DNA of 64,000 nucleotides. Source: Bacteroidia bacterium. Its GTDB lineage: Bacteria; Bacteroidota; Bacteroidia; UKL13-3. A model generated the notes under the pieces. It saw only the letters and a list, made by a program, of their open reading frames with translations. It made no database searches and was not told the DNA's origin. This document shows positions 1 to 10,177 of the stretch, one piece after another. Each line of letters begins with the position of its first letter. Position 1 is the stretch's first letter. The DNA lies in contig JBIIBC010000003.1 of the NCBI GenBank assembly GCA_044239605.1, positions 50,056-114,055 of the forward strand. Reading direction: 5' to 3'. The position numbers were made by a program, and so were the translations under genes.

Positions 1-1
1 T

Positions 2-298
2 TTATTTACAGTACTTATTATACTTTTTTGTTTAATTATAATCGGTGGTATCGCGGTAATAAATTTACAAGTATATATAGCTAATAAATTCAATTTTAAA
101 ATTCCAACCACCAGCTATAGTTCAAAAAATTTCGACAAAAACAAAATAAATAAAATACTTAACGAATCAGAAAACTTACATCCCACACTTAAGAAATGCA
201 TTCAAATTATTCTTTTTCTACATAAAATATTTAACCTTCTGATTATTTGTTTAATAACAATTTGGATAGTTATTATTTTAATAGCAATTATGAATTAA
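2..298 (+). CDS. possible 5'-truncated hypothetical membrane protein (C-terminal ~98 codons; gene would start upstream of the window)
   Basis: Frame is open from the window edge to TAA at 296-298. Translation has two long hydrophobic segments (LFTVLIILFCLIIIGGIAVINL... and IILFLHKIFNLLIICLITIWIVIILIAI). It is AT-rich, so it may be spurious. Confidence 0.2.
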   Translation, partial: LFTVLIILFCLIIIGGIAVINLQVYIANKFNFKIPTTSYSSKNFDKNKINKILNESENLHPTLKKCIQIILFLHKIFNLLIICLITIWIVIILIAIMN

Positions 299-839
299 TT
301 TTAAAATACTCACTTTTTAAAAGTGCAAAAAGGAAAAAGTCTTCCAAAACACCATCCACATTATAGTGTTCTTTCAAAACACCTTCTTGGCTAAAGCCCA
401 TATTGGCAATTAATTTAAATGATGGAATATTTTTAGGACTTACCAAAGCTTCTATTCTGTTTAAATTCATTTTAGTAAAACCATAATGAATAATGGCTTT
501 AACAGCTTCTGTCATGTAGCCTTTTTGCTTGTATTCATCCAATTTCATATCGTAACCAATTTCAGTTCTTTGATGTATAGCATACCAATTATGAAAAGCA
601 CATGCACCAATTACTTTATTATCGGTTTTATCTAACAAATGGAATATAACTACCGAACGATTATAAGATGTAAAACCTTGTTTAAAACGTTCCTTATCTG
701 TAGCCAATTCAGTATCAGTATAAGCGCCTAAAAAAGTGCTCAATTCTTCATCAGCGTAATTGTTAAACACAAAATTAAGTTGCTCAATTCCCGATTTGCG
801 CAGCAAGAGTCGTTCGGTTTCAATTATTTCAAATTCCAT
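288..839 (-). CDS. GNAT family N-acetyltransferase (RimJ/RimL-like)
   Basis: 183 aa. Acetyl-CoA binding-type core (VIGACAF...GYMTEAVKAIIHYGF) typical of GNAT/RimL-like enzymes. Confidence 0.65.
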   Translation of the reverse strand: MEFEIIETERLLLRKSGIEQLNFVFNNYADEELSTFLGAYTDTELATDKERFKQGFTSYNRSVVIFHLLDKTDNKVIGACAFHNWYAIHQRTEIGYDMKLDEYKQKGYMTEAVKAIIHYGFTKMNLNRIEALVSPKNIPSFKLIANMGFSQEGVLKEHYNVDGVLEDFFLFALLKSEYFKINS

Positions 840-929
840 AAAACGAATTTAATAGATGCTATCAAAATAAAAAGAGGCCATATAAAAATATAGCCTCTTT
901 TCTTTAGTATAATTAATTTAATAAAATGC

Positions 930-2825
930 TTAGTAAGCTCTGGCATTACTGCCTTCGTAATAATTAATAAATGCTTTATTTACTACTTTAGTTCCGCCTG
1001 GAGTTGGGTAATTTCCTGTAAAATACCAATCACCATGATGGTTAGGACATGCTTGGTGTAAATTTTCAATACTCTGGAAAATTACATCTACCTCAGCAGT
1101 AATTTCATCGGGAGTAACAATTATAGCTATTTGTGCCGAAATTTCGTCAGGAGTAAATAACGCATACAAATCTTTCAAATAGTTTTTCATTTCCTCTTTT
1201 GGCAGATTTTCTTGTGCTTTACATTTTCGGTAAACTTCTTCAATTTTAGCATCTAGTTTACGCTCTTTAACCAAAGCTATCATGGCTTGAAAAGCTACAA
1301 AATCTTTTAACCTACTCATGTCAATTCCATAACAATCAGGATAACGAATTTGCGGAGCAGATGAAACAATCACTATTTTTTTAGGATGTAATCTATCTAA
1401 AATACGTAAAATAGAAGTTTTTAAAGTAGTACCACGCACAATTGAATCGTCTATTACCACCAAAGTATCTTCGTGGTTTTTTACAATTCCGTATGTTACA
1501 TCGTACACATGAGCTACCATATCCTCTCGGTTGGTATCATCGGTAATAAATGTTCTTAACTTGGCATCTTTAACAGCTACACGCTCTCTACGGGGATGTA
1601 ATTCTAAAATTCCTTTTAGTTTTTCATCGGTAATATTAGTGCCTAACTGTTTTATTTGTTCAATTTTATGGGTGTTTAATAAATCATTGATACCATCCAC
1701 CATTCCATAAAATGAAACCGCAGCAGTGTTGGGTATATAACTAAAAACTGTATTTTTAAAATCGTAATCTACAGTTTTCATTATTTTATCGGCTAGTAAA
1801 TAACCAAGCTGTTTGCGCTCTTTGTAAATGTCTCTATCATTTCCACGGCTAAAATAAATACGTTCAAACGAGCATGCTTTATTTTCGGCTTGTGGTATAA
1901 TATTGGTTTCAGTTATGGTTCCATCTTTTTTAATAATTAAAGCATTACCACGACCTAATTCTTTTATTTCTCTAATCGGAATATTGAAACCTGTTTGAAT
2001 AGCAGGACGCTCGCTAGTAACTACCGCAATTTCATCATTGCAATAATAAAAACAAGGACGAATTCCATTAGGATCGCGAACTACGAAAGCATCGCCATGG
2101 CCCAATAAACCAGCCATTACATAACCTCCATCAGCATCGCGCAATGAACGTTTTAAAATATTTTCAATATTTAATTCCTTGGCTATTAAACTCGATATTT
2201 CTTGGTTGCTGTGTCCATCTAACTTGTATTTGGTAAATAGACGTTGGTTTTCTTCGTCAATAAAATGACCAAATTTTTCCAACATGGTTACCGTATCAGC
2301 TCTTTCGCTAGGATGTTGGCCTAACTCTACCAAAACATTGAATAATTCATCCACATTGGTAAGGTTAAAATTTCCCGCTAGCATTAAATTTCTACTCATC
2401 CAATTATTTTCTCTAATAAACGGATGGCATAAATCAACACTATTGCCTCCATGAGTTCCGTAACGCAAATGACCAAGTAATAACTCGCCCATAAAAGGAA
2501 CATTGGAGCGCATGTAATCAGGGTCGCGTAATTGTTCTTTGGTTCCTGATTTGCTAACTTTTTTATTTAATTTTTCAAAAATTTCCGCAATGGCATTGCT
2601 TCCATTAGCGCGCTGACGATTAATATAAGTTTCGCCAGGTAAAGCATTAATTTTAATGGTTCCCACTCCTGCGCCATCTTGGCCGCGGTTGTGTTGTTTT
2701 TCCATTAAAAGGTAAAGGCGTTTTAAACCGTATAACGCTGAGCCATATTTTTCTTGGTAAAAACTCAGCGGTTTAAGTAGGCGAATAAGGGCTATTCCGC
2801 ACTCGTGTTTGATTGAATCACTCAT
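930..2825 (-). CDS. purF: amidophosphoribosyltransferase (long Bacteroidota-type class II glutamine amidotransferase)
   Basis: 631 aa. N-terminal Cys nucleophile (HECGIALIRLL) and QHNRGQDGAGVG motif of Ntn-type GATase, plus a C-terminal PRTase-like region. The length matches the ~630-aa Bacteroidota PurF. Confidence 0.8.
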   Translation of the reverse strand: MSDSIKHECGIALIRLLKPLSFYQEKYGSALYGLKRLYLLMEKQHNRGQDGAGVGTIKINALPGETYINRQRANGSNAIAEIFEKLNKKVSKSGTKEQLRDPDYMRSNVPFMGELLLGHLRYGTHGGNSVDLCHPFIRENNWMSRNLMLAGNFNLTNVDELFNVLVELGQHPSERADTVTMLEKFGHFIDEENQRLFTKYKLDGHSNQEISSLIAKELNIENILKRSLRDADGGYVMAGLLGHGDAFVVRDPNGIRPCFYYCNDEIAVVTSERPAIQTGFNIPIREIKELGRGNALIIKKDGTITETNIIPQAENKACSFERIYFSRGNDRDIYKERKQLGYLLADKIMKTVDYDFKNTVFSYIPNTAAVSFYGMVDGINDLLNTHKIEQIKQLGTNITDEKLKGILELHPRRERVAVKDAKLRTFITDDTNREDMVAHVYDVTYGIVKNHEDTLVVIDDSIVRGTTLKTSILRILDRLHPKKIVIVSSAPQIRYPDCYGIDMSRLKDFVAFQAMIALVKERKLDAKIEEVYRKCKAQENLPKEEMKNYLKDLYALFTPDEISAQIAIIVTPDEITAEVDVIFQSIENLHQACPNHHGDWYFTGNYPTPGGTKVVNKAFINYYEGSNARAY

Positions 2826-2902
2826 AAAAGGGTAAGCAAAAGTACATCATTATTTTAAAATAATTTCCTATTTTATGTTTTAAAAAATTGGAAATTTTGA
2901 AC

Positions 2903-2936
2903 ATAAAAAAAACCGATAACTAAATAGTTACCGGTT
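2903..2936 (-). terminator. rho-independent terminator downstream of the OmpA-family gene
   Basis: Hairpin AACCGATAACTA..TAGTTACCGGTT with one mismatch, followed on the minus strand by a run of 8 T. Confidence 0.6.
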
Positions 2937-2950
2937 TTTCTGTTAATAAA

Positions 2951-5065
2951 TTATCTCCTTTGTGGGGGTTGACTTCCTGGTCTTACTCTTTGGCCTGGAG
3001 CAGGTTTAACAGGATCTGCTGTTTTAGGTTTAGGAGGAGCTACATAATTGATATCAATAACTTTTACAGTAGTCCTTCTGTTTTTTTGATGTTGTGCTTC
3101 CGAACATCTTTGACCTTCAATTCTTTCGTTTGGACCTTCACAATTACATTCAGGAACTGCAAGAGCATTTTCTCCATAACCTCTAGAAACTAAACGCATT
3201 GAATCAACTCCATGACGAATTAAATAACCAACACATGAATCAGCACGTCTTTGCGATAATTTGATATTGTATGATGAATCTGCTCTACAATCTGTATGTG
3301 AACCCAATTCAAATTTTAACATTGGATATTTATTCATTACTAATACCAATGAATCTAAAATCTCTGCCGAACGAGGTCTAATGTCTGCACTATCTAAGCC
3401 ATAATAAATTCCTTCAACTGTGAATATATCTAAACTTAATGGCGTTAGAGATAAATCTTGTACTAAATCAGTTGAAACTTCAAGTCCTTTGGTTGTTGCT
3501 CCGTATATCTTACTATCATAATGTAATGGCTTTGAACCATAAAAATCATAGTCGGTACCAGCTCTTAATGGAATTCTATACGAACCAACTTCGTCAGTTT
3601 TTACTACTAACTTAATGGTATCATTACTATTAGTAAATTGGATAGTTGTATTTTTCAGAATTGCACCATCTTTTGAACTTCTAGCCACACCACTCAAAGT
3701 AAATACCAATGGTGTTTTTGTAAATCTGTAAATGTCATCTCCACCTTTGCTGTTTAATCTGTTAGATGCAAAAAAGCCACTTTCTTTATCTTTTGAGAAG
3801 ATAATTGAAAAGTCATCTCCACCTGAGTTTATAGGTGCTTTCATGTTAATTGCATCACTCCAATCTGTACCTTGTCCTTTAGAATAAAAAATATCTAATC
3901 CACCCATACCACATTTACCATTTGAGGCAAAGTATAAGGTGCCATCTTCGTGTTGGAAAGGAAAACCTTCGTCACCATCAGTATTAATTGCAGGGCCTAA
4001 ATTTACTGGATCTCCCCAAGCATTTCCTCTTTTGCTGTAACTAACGCTGTATAAATCTTTACTTAACTCAGCACCTTCGGGATTTTCTGCACTTGTTACC
4101 GGCTTAGCAATACTGCCAGGCATATTACTTGAAAAATAAAGTGTAGTTCCGTCTTTACTTAAAAATGGTTGTCCACAATCAAATGAATCAGTACTAAAAG
4201 GAAGTGGTACAGGAACGCTCCACTCTGTTCCGCTCAATTTAGATTCGTAAATTCTACAATGTGCTCCCTTGCCATCATTTTTTTCACCATAATTACATTT
4301 AGTAAAATACATGGTAGTATATTTTGCATCAAAACAAACAGTACCATCATTCCATTTCCCATTCACATTTTTCTTGTCAACTAAAATCGGTGGGCTATAA
4401 TTTTCAATAATTTCTTTATTCTTTTTGTTTAATTTCAAGGTTGTTGTGTAAACATCACAGTATCCATTATTGAACCAACCATATTTATCTTTACCACTCA
4501 CACCTACTTCAAGTCTATCACTCGAAAACATTAATTGGTCTTTTCTAAAATACATTGGAGCAAAGTCACTAAATTTTGTATTCAATTTAGCTACATTTTC
4601 AACAACAAAACGTGTTTTTTCTGATTTCCATTTCTGTGCATTTGTACTTCCACAGTCCTCTAAGTCAATCTTTGGATCTGAACCAACATCTTTTTTGTAT
4701 TTATTAGCCTCAGTAATTGCTTCAACATATTTTTCTGAAAATTTCAAAGCTTGAATTTGGCGGTATTTTGCTTCAGAATTGGTTGGGTCTTGCTGAACAG
4801 ATTTGGTGTACCAATTTTGAGCTACAAGCCAATTATTTGATAATCTTGCGCATTCAGCAGCATAAAAAGCTGATTCTTTCTTAATATCTTTGTTTTTAGT
4901 GGTGCCATACACTTTTTGATAAATGGTTCCAGCAGCTGCATATTGTAGGTCTTTGAACTTTTTTCGAGCTTCGTTAATATCTCCCCCACCACTTTTACAA
5001 GCGAAGAATAAAGCAGATAATATTAATACAAATCCAGTTAATTTTATCATGTAATTTTGTTTCAT
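2951..5065 (-). CDS. OmpA-family outer membrane protein with TPR and PD40/TolB-like beta-propeller repeats
   Basis: 704 aa. Signal peptide, TPR-like N-terminus, repeated PD40-like segments (FSSDR, YFASNR, FFASNR) and a C-terminal OmpA peptidoglycan-binding domain (LSQRRADSCVGYL...). Confidence 0.7.
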   Translation of the reverse strand: MKQNYMIKLTGFVLILSALFFACKSGGGDINEARKKFKDLQYAAAGTIYQKVYGTTKNKDIKKESAFYAAECARLSNNWLVAQNWYTKSVQQDPTNSEAKYRQIQALKFSEKYVEAITEANKYKKDVGSDPKIDLEDCGSTNAQKWKSEKTRFVVENVAKLNTKFSDFAPMYFRKDQLMFSSDRLEVGVSGKDKYGWFNNGYCDVYTTTLKLNKKNKEIIENYSPPILVDKKNVNGKWNDGTVCFDAKYTTMYFTKCNYGEKNDGKGAHCRIYESKLSGTEWSVPVPLPFSTDSFDCGQPFLSKDGTTLYFSSNMPGSIAKPVTSAENPEGAELSKDLYSVSYSKRGNAWGDPVNLGPAINTDGDEGFPFQHEDGTLYFASNGKCGMGGLDIFYSKGQGTDWSDAINMKAPINSGGDDFSIIFSKDKESGFFASNRLNSKGGDDIYRFTKTPLVFTLSGVARSSKDGAILKNTTIQFTNSNDTIKLVVKTDEVGSYRIPLRAGTDYDFYGSKPLHYDSKIYGATTKGLEVSTDLVQDLSLTPLSLDIFTVEGIYYGLDSADIRPRSAEILDSLVLVMNKYPMLKFELGSHTDCRADSSYNIKLSQRRADSCVGYLIRHGVDSMRLVSRGYGENALAVPECNCEGPNERIEGQRCSEAQHQKNRRTTVKVIDINYVAPPKPKTADPVKPAPGQRVRPGSQPPQRR

Positions 5066-5186
5066 GTGTAAATACTTTTTGCGTTTGATTTAGTACAAAC
5101 GCAATTTTAATGTTTTTAGCGTATTAAACAATGTTTTTTTTTGCAACTTTTCTTTTTTTAAATAGCTATGTATGAGCACTTTTAAA

Positions 5187-5223
5187 CAAAACAGCCATTC
5201 AAAATAGTATTGAATGGCTGTTT
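5187..5223 (-). terminator. rho-independent terminator of glnN
   Basis: Perfect 14-bp inverted repeat AAACAGCCATTCAA/TTGAATGGCTGTTT followed by a U-tract on the minus strand. It lies 25 bp downstream of the glnN stop. Confidence 0.75.
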
Positions 5224-5247
5224 AATAATGCATAAAATGCAAGAAAT

Positions 5248-7437
5248 TTATTTAATAAATAACATTTCTCTGTACTTAGGTAATTGCCATAAAGTATCAT
5301 CTACCATAAACTCTAAAGCATCACTTGACGAGCGAACATGATCAAATAATGGTTTCACTTTATGACATAATGCAACTGCTGCCTTATGTGTATTGGTAGT
5401 ATGATGTGCTTTTTCGGTTTCTGTAATTATTTTTTCTACGTTATCGCTAATGGTTTTGATGTGTTTAGAAATAGTTTCGATAGTTTTTAACTGTGTTTCG
5501 TAGCTAGCTTTGCTTAAGCCAGCACCTTTTAATGCTTGCACATTAATAGCCAATTTACTTTGGTATTCAACTGCTGCTGGAATTACATGCGATGTAGCCA
5601 ATTGAGATAATGTTTTTGCCTCAATGTCTATCTTTTTTACATATAATTCTTGCATAATTTCATAACGGGCCTCTAATTCTATTTTGCTAAAAATATTATT
5701 TCTAGTAAATAAATCAGCCGATTGTTTTGAAACATAAGCATTCAATGCTTCTGGAGTAGTTTTAACATTTGATAAACCACGTTTTTCAGCTTCTTTAACC
5801 CACTCATCACTGTAACCATTTCCTTCAAATAAAATGTTTTTAGATGCTTTGTAATAAGCTTTTAAAGTGCTCAAAATAGCTTCTTCTTTTTTCTTACCTT
5901 TTTTAATTAAAACATCTACCTCAACTTTAAATTTGTTTAATTGGTCTGCCATAACAGTGTTTAACACAATCATTGCATTAGCACAATTTGCACTTGAACC
6001 AACCGCTCTAAACTCAAATTTATTCCCTGTAAAGGCAAATGGCGAAGTACGGTTTCTATCAGTATTATCTAATAAAATATCAGGTATTTTTATCACATTA
6101 ATAGCATCTTTCGACTTTGTATTAACCTTTGTGCTTGATTTATCGTTTAAAATTGAATCTAACACGTTGGTCATTTGGCTACCAATAAATATACTCATAA
6201 TTGCTGGCGGAGCTTCGTTTGCACCTAAACGGTGATCGTTACTTGCAGTTGCAATTGATGCACGTAATAAATCAGCATTATCATTAACTGCTTTAATTAC
6301 GTTAACAAAAAAAGTAAGGAATTGTAAATTAGTTTCTGGATTCTTTGTAGGAGCCAATAAATTTACTCCAGTGTTTGTTATTAAACTCCAGTTATTGTGT
6401 TTTCCGCTACCGTTAACACCAGCAAATGGTTTTTCGTGTAACAAAACTTTTAAACCATGGCGCTGACTCACTTTTTCCATTAAATCCATTAACAATTGGT
6501 TATGGTCAACTGCTAAATTAGCCTCTTCAAAATTTGGAGCACACTCAAACTGGCCTGGCGCTACCTCATTATGACGGGTTTTTAATGGGATTCCTAATTT
6601 GTATGCTTCAGTTTCGTAATCTACCATAAAATCGTGGATTCTTGGCGGAATTGAACCAAAATAATGATCTTCTAATTGCTGTCCTTTTTCAGGAGCATGG
6701 CCTAATAAAGTACGGCCAGTTAACATTAAATCAGGACGAGCATAAAACATAGCTTCGTCAATTAAAAAATATTCTTGCTCTATACCTAAACTTACTGATG
6801 ATTTAGTAACGTTATTATCAAAGTAATCAGCACAAACACTCACAACTGATTTTTCAACTGCGTGTAATGCTTTTAATAAAGGTGCTTTAAAATCTAAAGC
6901 TTCGCCTGTATAAGAAACAAAAATAGTTGGTATACATAAGGTTTTACCATTATTTTCTTCCATAATAAATGCTGGCGATGAAGGGTCCCAAGCGGTGTAA
7001 CCACGCGCTTCGAAAGTGTTACGAATACCTCCGTTTGGAAAACTACTTGCATCTGGTTCTTGCTGAACCAAAGCGCCTCCTGAAAACTTTTCCATTGAAC
7101 GACCATCCTCGGTTGGTTCAAAAAAGGCATCATGTTTTTCGGCTGTAGCACCCGTTAATGGCTGAAACCAATGTGTATAATGCGTAACTCCACGGCTCAT
7201 TGCCCAGTTTTTCATTCCCGAAGCTACTGCATCAGCATGGCTACGGTCAATTTTTTCACCCATTTTTACAGCTCTTGAAACTGCTTCGTAAGCTTCTTTG
7301 CTTAAAAAGTTTTTCATTGCACTGTCGTTAAATACATTGCTGTTGTAAAAATCTGATACTTTTTCAGATGGGGCTTTGGTAAGAACTGGATTTCTGCTGA
7401 GAGCAGTTTTTAAAGCGTTGAAACGTAAAGTTGGCAT
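5248..7437 (-). CDS. glnN: glutamine synthetase type III
   Basis: 729 aa. Size and sequence are characteristic of Bacteroidota GSIII. Confidence 0.85.
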   Translation of the reverse strand: MPTLRFNALKTALSRNPVLTKAPSEKVSDFYNSNVFNDSAMKNFLSKEAYEAVSRAVKMGEKIDRSHADAVASGMKNWAMSRGVTHYTHWFQPLTGATAEKHDAFFEPTEDGRSMEKFSGGALVQQEPDASSFPNGGIRNTFEARGYTAWDPSSPAFIMEENNGKTLCIPTIFVSYTGEALDFKAPLLKALHAVEKSVVSVCADYFDNNVTKSSVSLGIEQEYFLIDEAMFYARPDLMLTGRTLLGHAPEKGQQLEDHYFGSIPPRIHDFMVDYETEAYKLGIPLKTRHNEVAPGQFECAPNFEEANLAVDHNQLLMDLMEKVSQRHGLKVLLHEKPFAGVNGSGKHNNWSLITNTGVNLLAPTKNPETNLQFLTFFVNVIKAVNDNADLLRASIATASNDHRLGANEAPPAIMSIFIGSQMTNVLDSILNDKSSTKVNTKSKDAINVIKIPDILLDNTDRNRTSPFAFTGNKFEFRAVGSSANCANAMIVLNTVMADQLNKFKVEVDVLIKKGKKKEEAILSTLKAYYKASKNILFEGNGYSDEWVKEAEKRGLSNVKTTPEALNAYVSKQSADLFTRNNIFSKIELEARYEIMQELYVKKIDIEAKTLSQLATSHVIPAAVEYQSKLAINVQALKGAGLSKASYETQLKTIETISKHIKTISDNVEKIITETEKAHHTTNTHKAAVALCHKVKPLFDHVRSSSDALEFMVDDTLWQLPKYREMLFIK

Positions 7438-7565
7438 ATTTTATGTTTGATTTTTGCGGTAAAAATAATGCTTAGCAAAATATTAGCCTATTTATTTTTA
7501 ATTAATGTTGCACATTTTTTCAAGACGGGTTGAAGATGCCATTATAATAAAGGTTTTCGAGCTAA

Positions 7566-8267
7566 TTATTTTTTAGGTCCTTTTGGTTGTAAGGGTCTAA
7601 TTTCGAGATTTACAGTATGAAAATTGTCAGGCATTTGCAATGCGAAGATTAAATTAGCCGCCACATCTTCGGGCATTAACATATAATCGTGAGGTTTTAC
7701 GCCTGGACTATTTCTGAAAAAATCTGTTTTTACTGCGCCTGGATAAATACACGTTACTTTTATTTTGAAATCGCGAACTTCGCGAAAAAGCGACTCGCTA
7801 AAACCTTTTACAGCCCATTTACTAGCCGAATAGCCAACTACTTGCGCCATTCCCTCTAATGCAGCAGTAGAAGCAATATTAATGATATGGCCAATTTCCT
7901 TTTCTTTCATTTTAGGCAAAGCCATTTTGCAGCAATAAAAAATGCCGTTTAGGTTGGTTTCTTGCATTTCATGAAATTGTTCAATAGGCATATCTTCTAA
8001 AAAACCAAAATAACCTAAACCCGCGTTATTTATTAGAATATCAATGGTTTGGTTGATTTTTGTAAATATTAGATTGAAAGCACTTTGAACTGAATCGAAA
8101 CTGCGTACATCGCAATGGATAAAAGTGTAATTTGGATTAGTAATGTCGTTATTATTGCGGCCAAGGCCAAATACAGTTGCTCCATGTGCCAATAATTGTT
8201 CGCAAACAGCTTTGCCAATTCCTTTGCTAACACCAGTAACAACGCCTATTTTATTTTGTAAATTCAT
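7566..8267 (-). CDS. SDR family oxidoreductase (short-chain dehydrogenase/reductase)
   Basis: 233 aa. TGVSKGIGKA Rossmann motif and the YSASK catalytic motif. Confidence 0.75.
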   Translation of the reverse strand: MNLQNKIGVVTGVSKGIGKAVCEQLLAHGATVFGLGRNNNDITNPNYTFIHCDVRSFDSVQSAFNLIFTKINQTIDILINNAGLGYFGFLEDMPIEQFHEMQETNLNGIFYCCKMALPKMKEKEIGHIINIASTAALEGMAQVVGYSASKWAVKGFSESLFREVRDFKIKVTCIYPGAVKTDFFRNSPGVKPHDYMLMPEDVAANLIFALQMPDNFHTVNLEIRPLQPKGPKK

Positions 8268-8342
8268 GTAACTAATTTAAAGATTTTTGATTGATTGATT
8301 TGGAGATTATAAAGTTATAAGATTGTAATAAATCACCTGAGG

Positions 8343-8822
8343 TTAGAATCTTAATATTGACTTACTAGTTTTACCAACTGTAAGTCTAAGAACAATAGAA
8401 TTGGGAGCTATTTGCATTGGATTTGAATCATTTATTATAATATTTCTTACATAATTTAAATTTAGTATCCCTAAATATGTTATCCCTAATTCCGGCTTAA
8501 AAACAAAAGCATTTCTTTTGTTTAAGTCGTTAAAATACGAACCTTGTAAAGCAATATTTACAAAGGCAAATGTTTTAGAAAAGCCTAGTTTTAATCCATA
8601 AATATTTTGATTTCTCTCTTTAAAAACTGTTTCAATTGTTGTATAAATATTAGTATAAAAAAGAGATGCTAATTCATCTCCTCTTTCACCATATGCTACA
8701 CCTAATTCTAGAGTATTATCACCTGTAGTTTGGGTGCCAACAATATAATCTATGCCCATAAGATTTTGAGCGTGTAAACCATGTTGAATAAACGCTAAAA
8801 TAATAAGAAATTTTAATTTCAT
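8343..8822 (-). CDS. hypothetical small outer-membrane beta-barrel protein
   Basis: 159 aa. Signal peptide, alternating amphipathic beta-strand pattern, C-terminal aromatic residue (ends ...ILRF). Confidence 0.4.
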   Translation of the reverse strand: MKLKFLIILAFIQHGLHAQNLMGIDYIVGTQTTGDNTLELGVAYGERGDELASLFYTNIYTTIETVFKERNQNIYGLKLGFSKTFAFVNIALQGSYFNDLNKRNAFVFKPELGITYLGILNLNYVRNIIINDSNPMQIAPNSIVLRLTVGKTSKSILRF

Positions 8823-8899
8823 AAACTATAACTTTTTTGTAAAAGTAATTATTAAATTATGTTGTGCAAGTAATTGCTAGCTGCCAGCTGCTTAAAAAA

Positions 8900-9271
8900 C
8901 TACCACTTTTTAAAAACCACAAAAACAGCTAATACTATTAAAGCAAAGCCAAGTAAATGATTCCAAGCTAATTTATCTGATTTAAAAACAAAATAGTTGA
9001 TTAAAACAAAAACAGTAAGCGAAATCACCTCTTGAATGGTTTTTAGTTCAAACATATTAAATGGACCACCATTTTCTTTGTAACCAATTTTATTAGCGGG
9101 AACCATTAAAGCATATTCAGCCAAAGCTATTAACCAACTAATTAATATAACACCAATTAATCCCGTGTTTTTCAGCCATTCTATTTTGCTAAATTGTAAA
9201 TGACCATACCAAGCAAAGGTCATAAAGGTATTTGAAAGTGTTAAAAGTAGTATAGTATAAAATGCTTTCAT
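8900..9271 (-). CDS. DMT-superfamily small membrane protein (DUF486-like)
   Basis: 123 aa with four predicted transmembrane helices. Resembles the small EamA/DMT-like family. Confidence 0.45.
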   Translation of the reverse strand: MKAFYTILLLTLSNTFMTFAWYGHLQFSKIEWLKNTGLIGVILISWLIALAEYALMVPANKIGYKENGGPFNMFELKTIQEVISLTVFVLINYFVFKSDKLAWNHLLGFALIVLAVFVVFKKW

Positions 9272-9397
9272 TGTATTTTTGGTTTATTAGCAAAATAACA
9301 GAAAGTTTAATCAATTTATAGCTATTCTATTAAAAGTTATCGTTTTATTAAATGAAATATCTGGTGCATTGTTTACTTTTGTTAAAAACAATTAGAA

Positions 9398-9598
9398 ATG
9401 GAAAATGCATTAAATGAAAAAAACAATCGAATTGTCATTTCCACTTTAGAAGAACAAGAGGACAGTATGAGGGCATATTGGGCTAGTATTTCTCCTATTC
9501 AAAGGCTTATTCATTTACATGAAATGATTGTGCAAACTTACGATTTGAAGAACAATAAACCTGTTTTTTCAAATAGAATTAATTGTAAATATCTATGA
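9398..9598 (+). CDS. small hypothetical protein, possible partner of the downstream nucleotidyltransferase
   Basis: 66 aa. Its stop overlaps the downstream start in an ATGA arrangement, which suggests an operon. No recognisable domain. Confidence 0.3.
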   Translation: MENALNEKNNRIVISTLEEQEDSMRAYWASISPIQRLIHLHEMIVQTYDLKNNKPVFSNRINCKYL

Positions 9599-10065
9599 AT
9601 ATTTTTTTAGATAAGCATCTTTTATTAATCCAAAATCTAATAAAGGGAGATGTTTCTTTTATATTGATTGGTGGTTATGCGGTAAATTTTCATGGTTATA
9701 ATCGAACGACAGGTGATATGGATTTATGGGTGAAACCCGCTAACGAAAATAGAGATAAGATGATAAAAGTGCTATTTGAGATGGGGTTCAATAAGGATGA
9801 TTTAGATACCATAGGTAAAATGGATTTTACCAAAGCATTGGCTTTTAATTTTTGGGAAATTCCTTACAAAGTGGATGTGTTAACAAAAGTGGCAGGTGTT
9901 GATTATGAAACAGCTGATAAAGAAAAAGTAATTGCTGAAATTGAAAATATAAAAATACCTTTTATTCATGTAAATCATTTGGTGTTATCTAAAATCGGAA
10001 ATAATAGAACCAAAGATAAGTTGGATGTAGAGGAACTTCAGAAAATACAGTCCTTTAAAAAATAA
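9595..10065 (+). CDS. nucleotidyltransferase-fold protein (MNT/AbiEii-like minimal NTase)
   Basis: 156 aa. Motif LIGGYAVNFHGYNRTTGDMDLWV matches the hG[GS]x9-13Dh[DE]h signature of Pol-beta-type nucleotidyltransferases. Confidence 0.5.
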   Translation: MNIFLDKHLLLIQNLIKGDVSFILIGGYAVNFHGYNRTTGDMDLWVKPANENRDKMIKVLFEMGFNKDDLDTIGKMDFTKALAFNFWEIPYKVDVLTKVAGVDYETADKEKVIAEIENIKIPFIHVNHLVLSKIGNNRTKDKLDVEELQKIQSFKK

Positions 10066-10177
10066 TATTTAGCCTCCTCCAATAAATTTTAGTTATTATT
10101 GCAGGCTTAAAAAATTTACTTTAAGCTTATTACTAGCTATTTATAGGAGTTAGTAGTTATTTAAAAATACTAAAATT

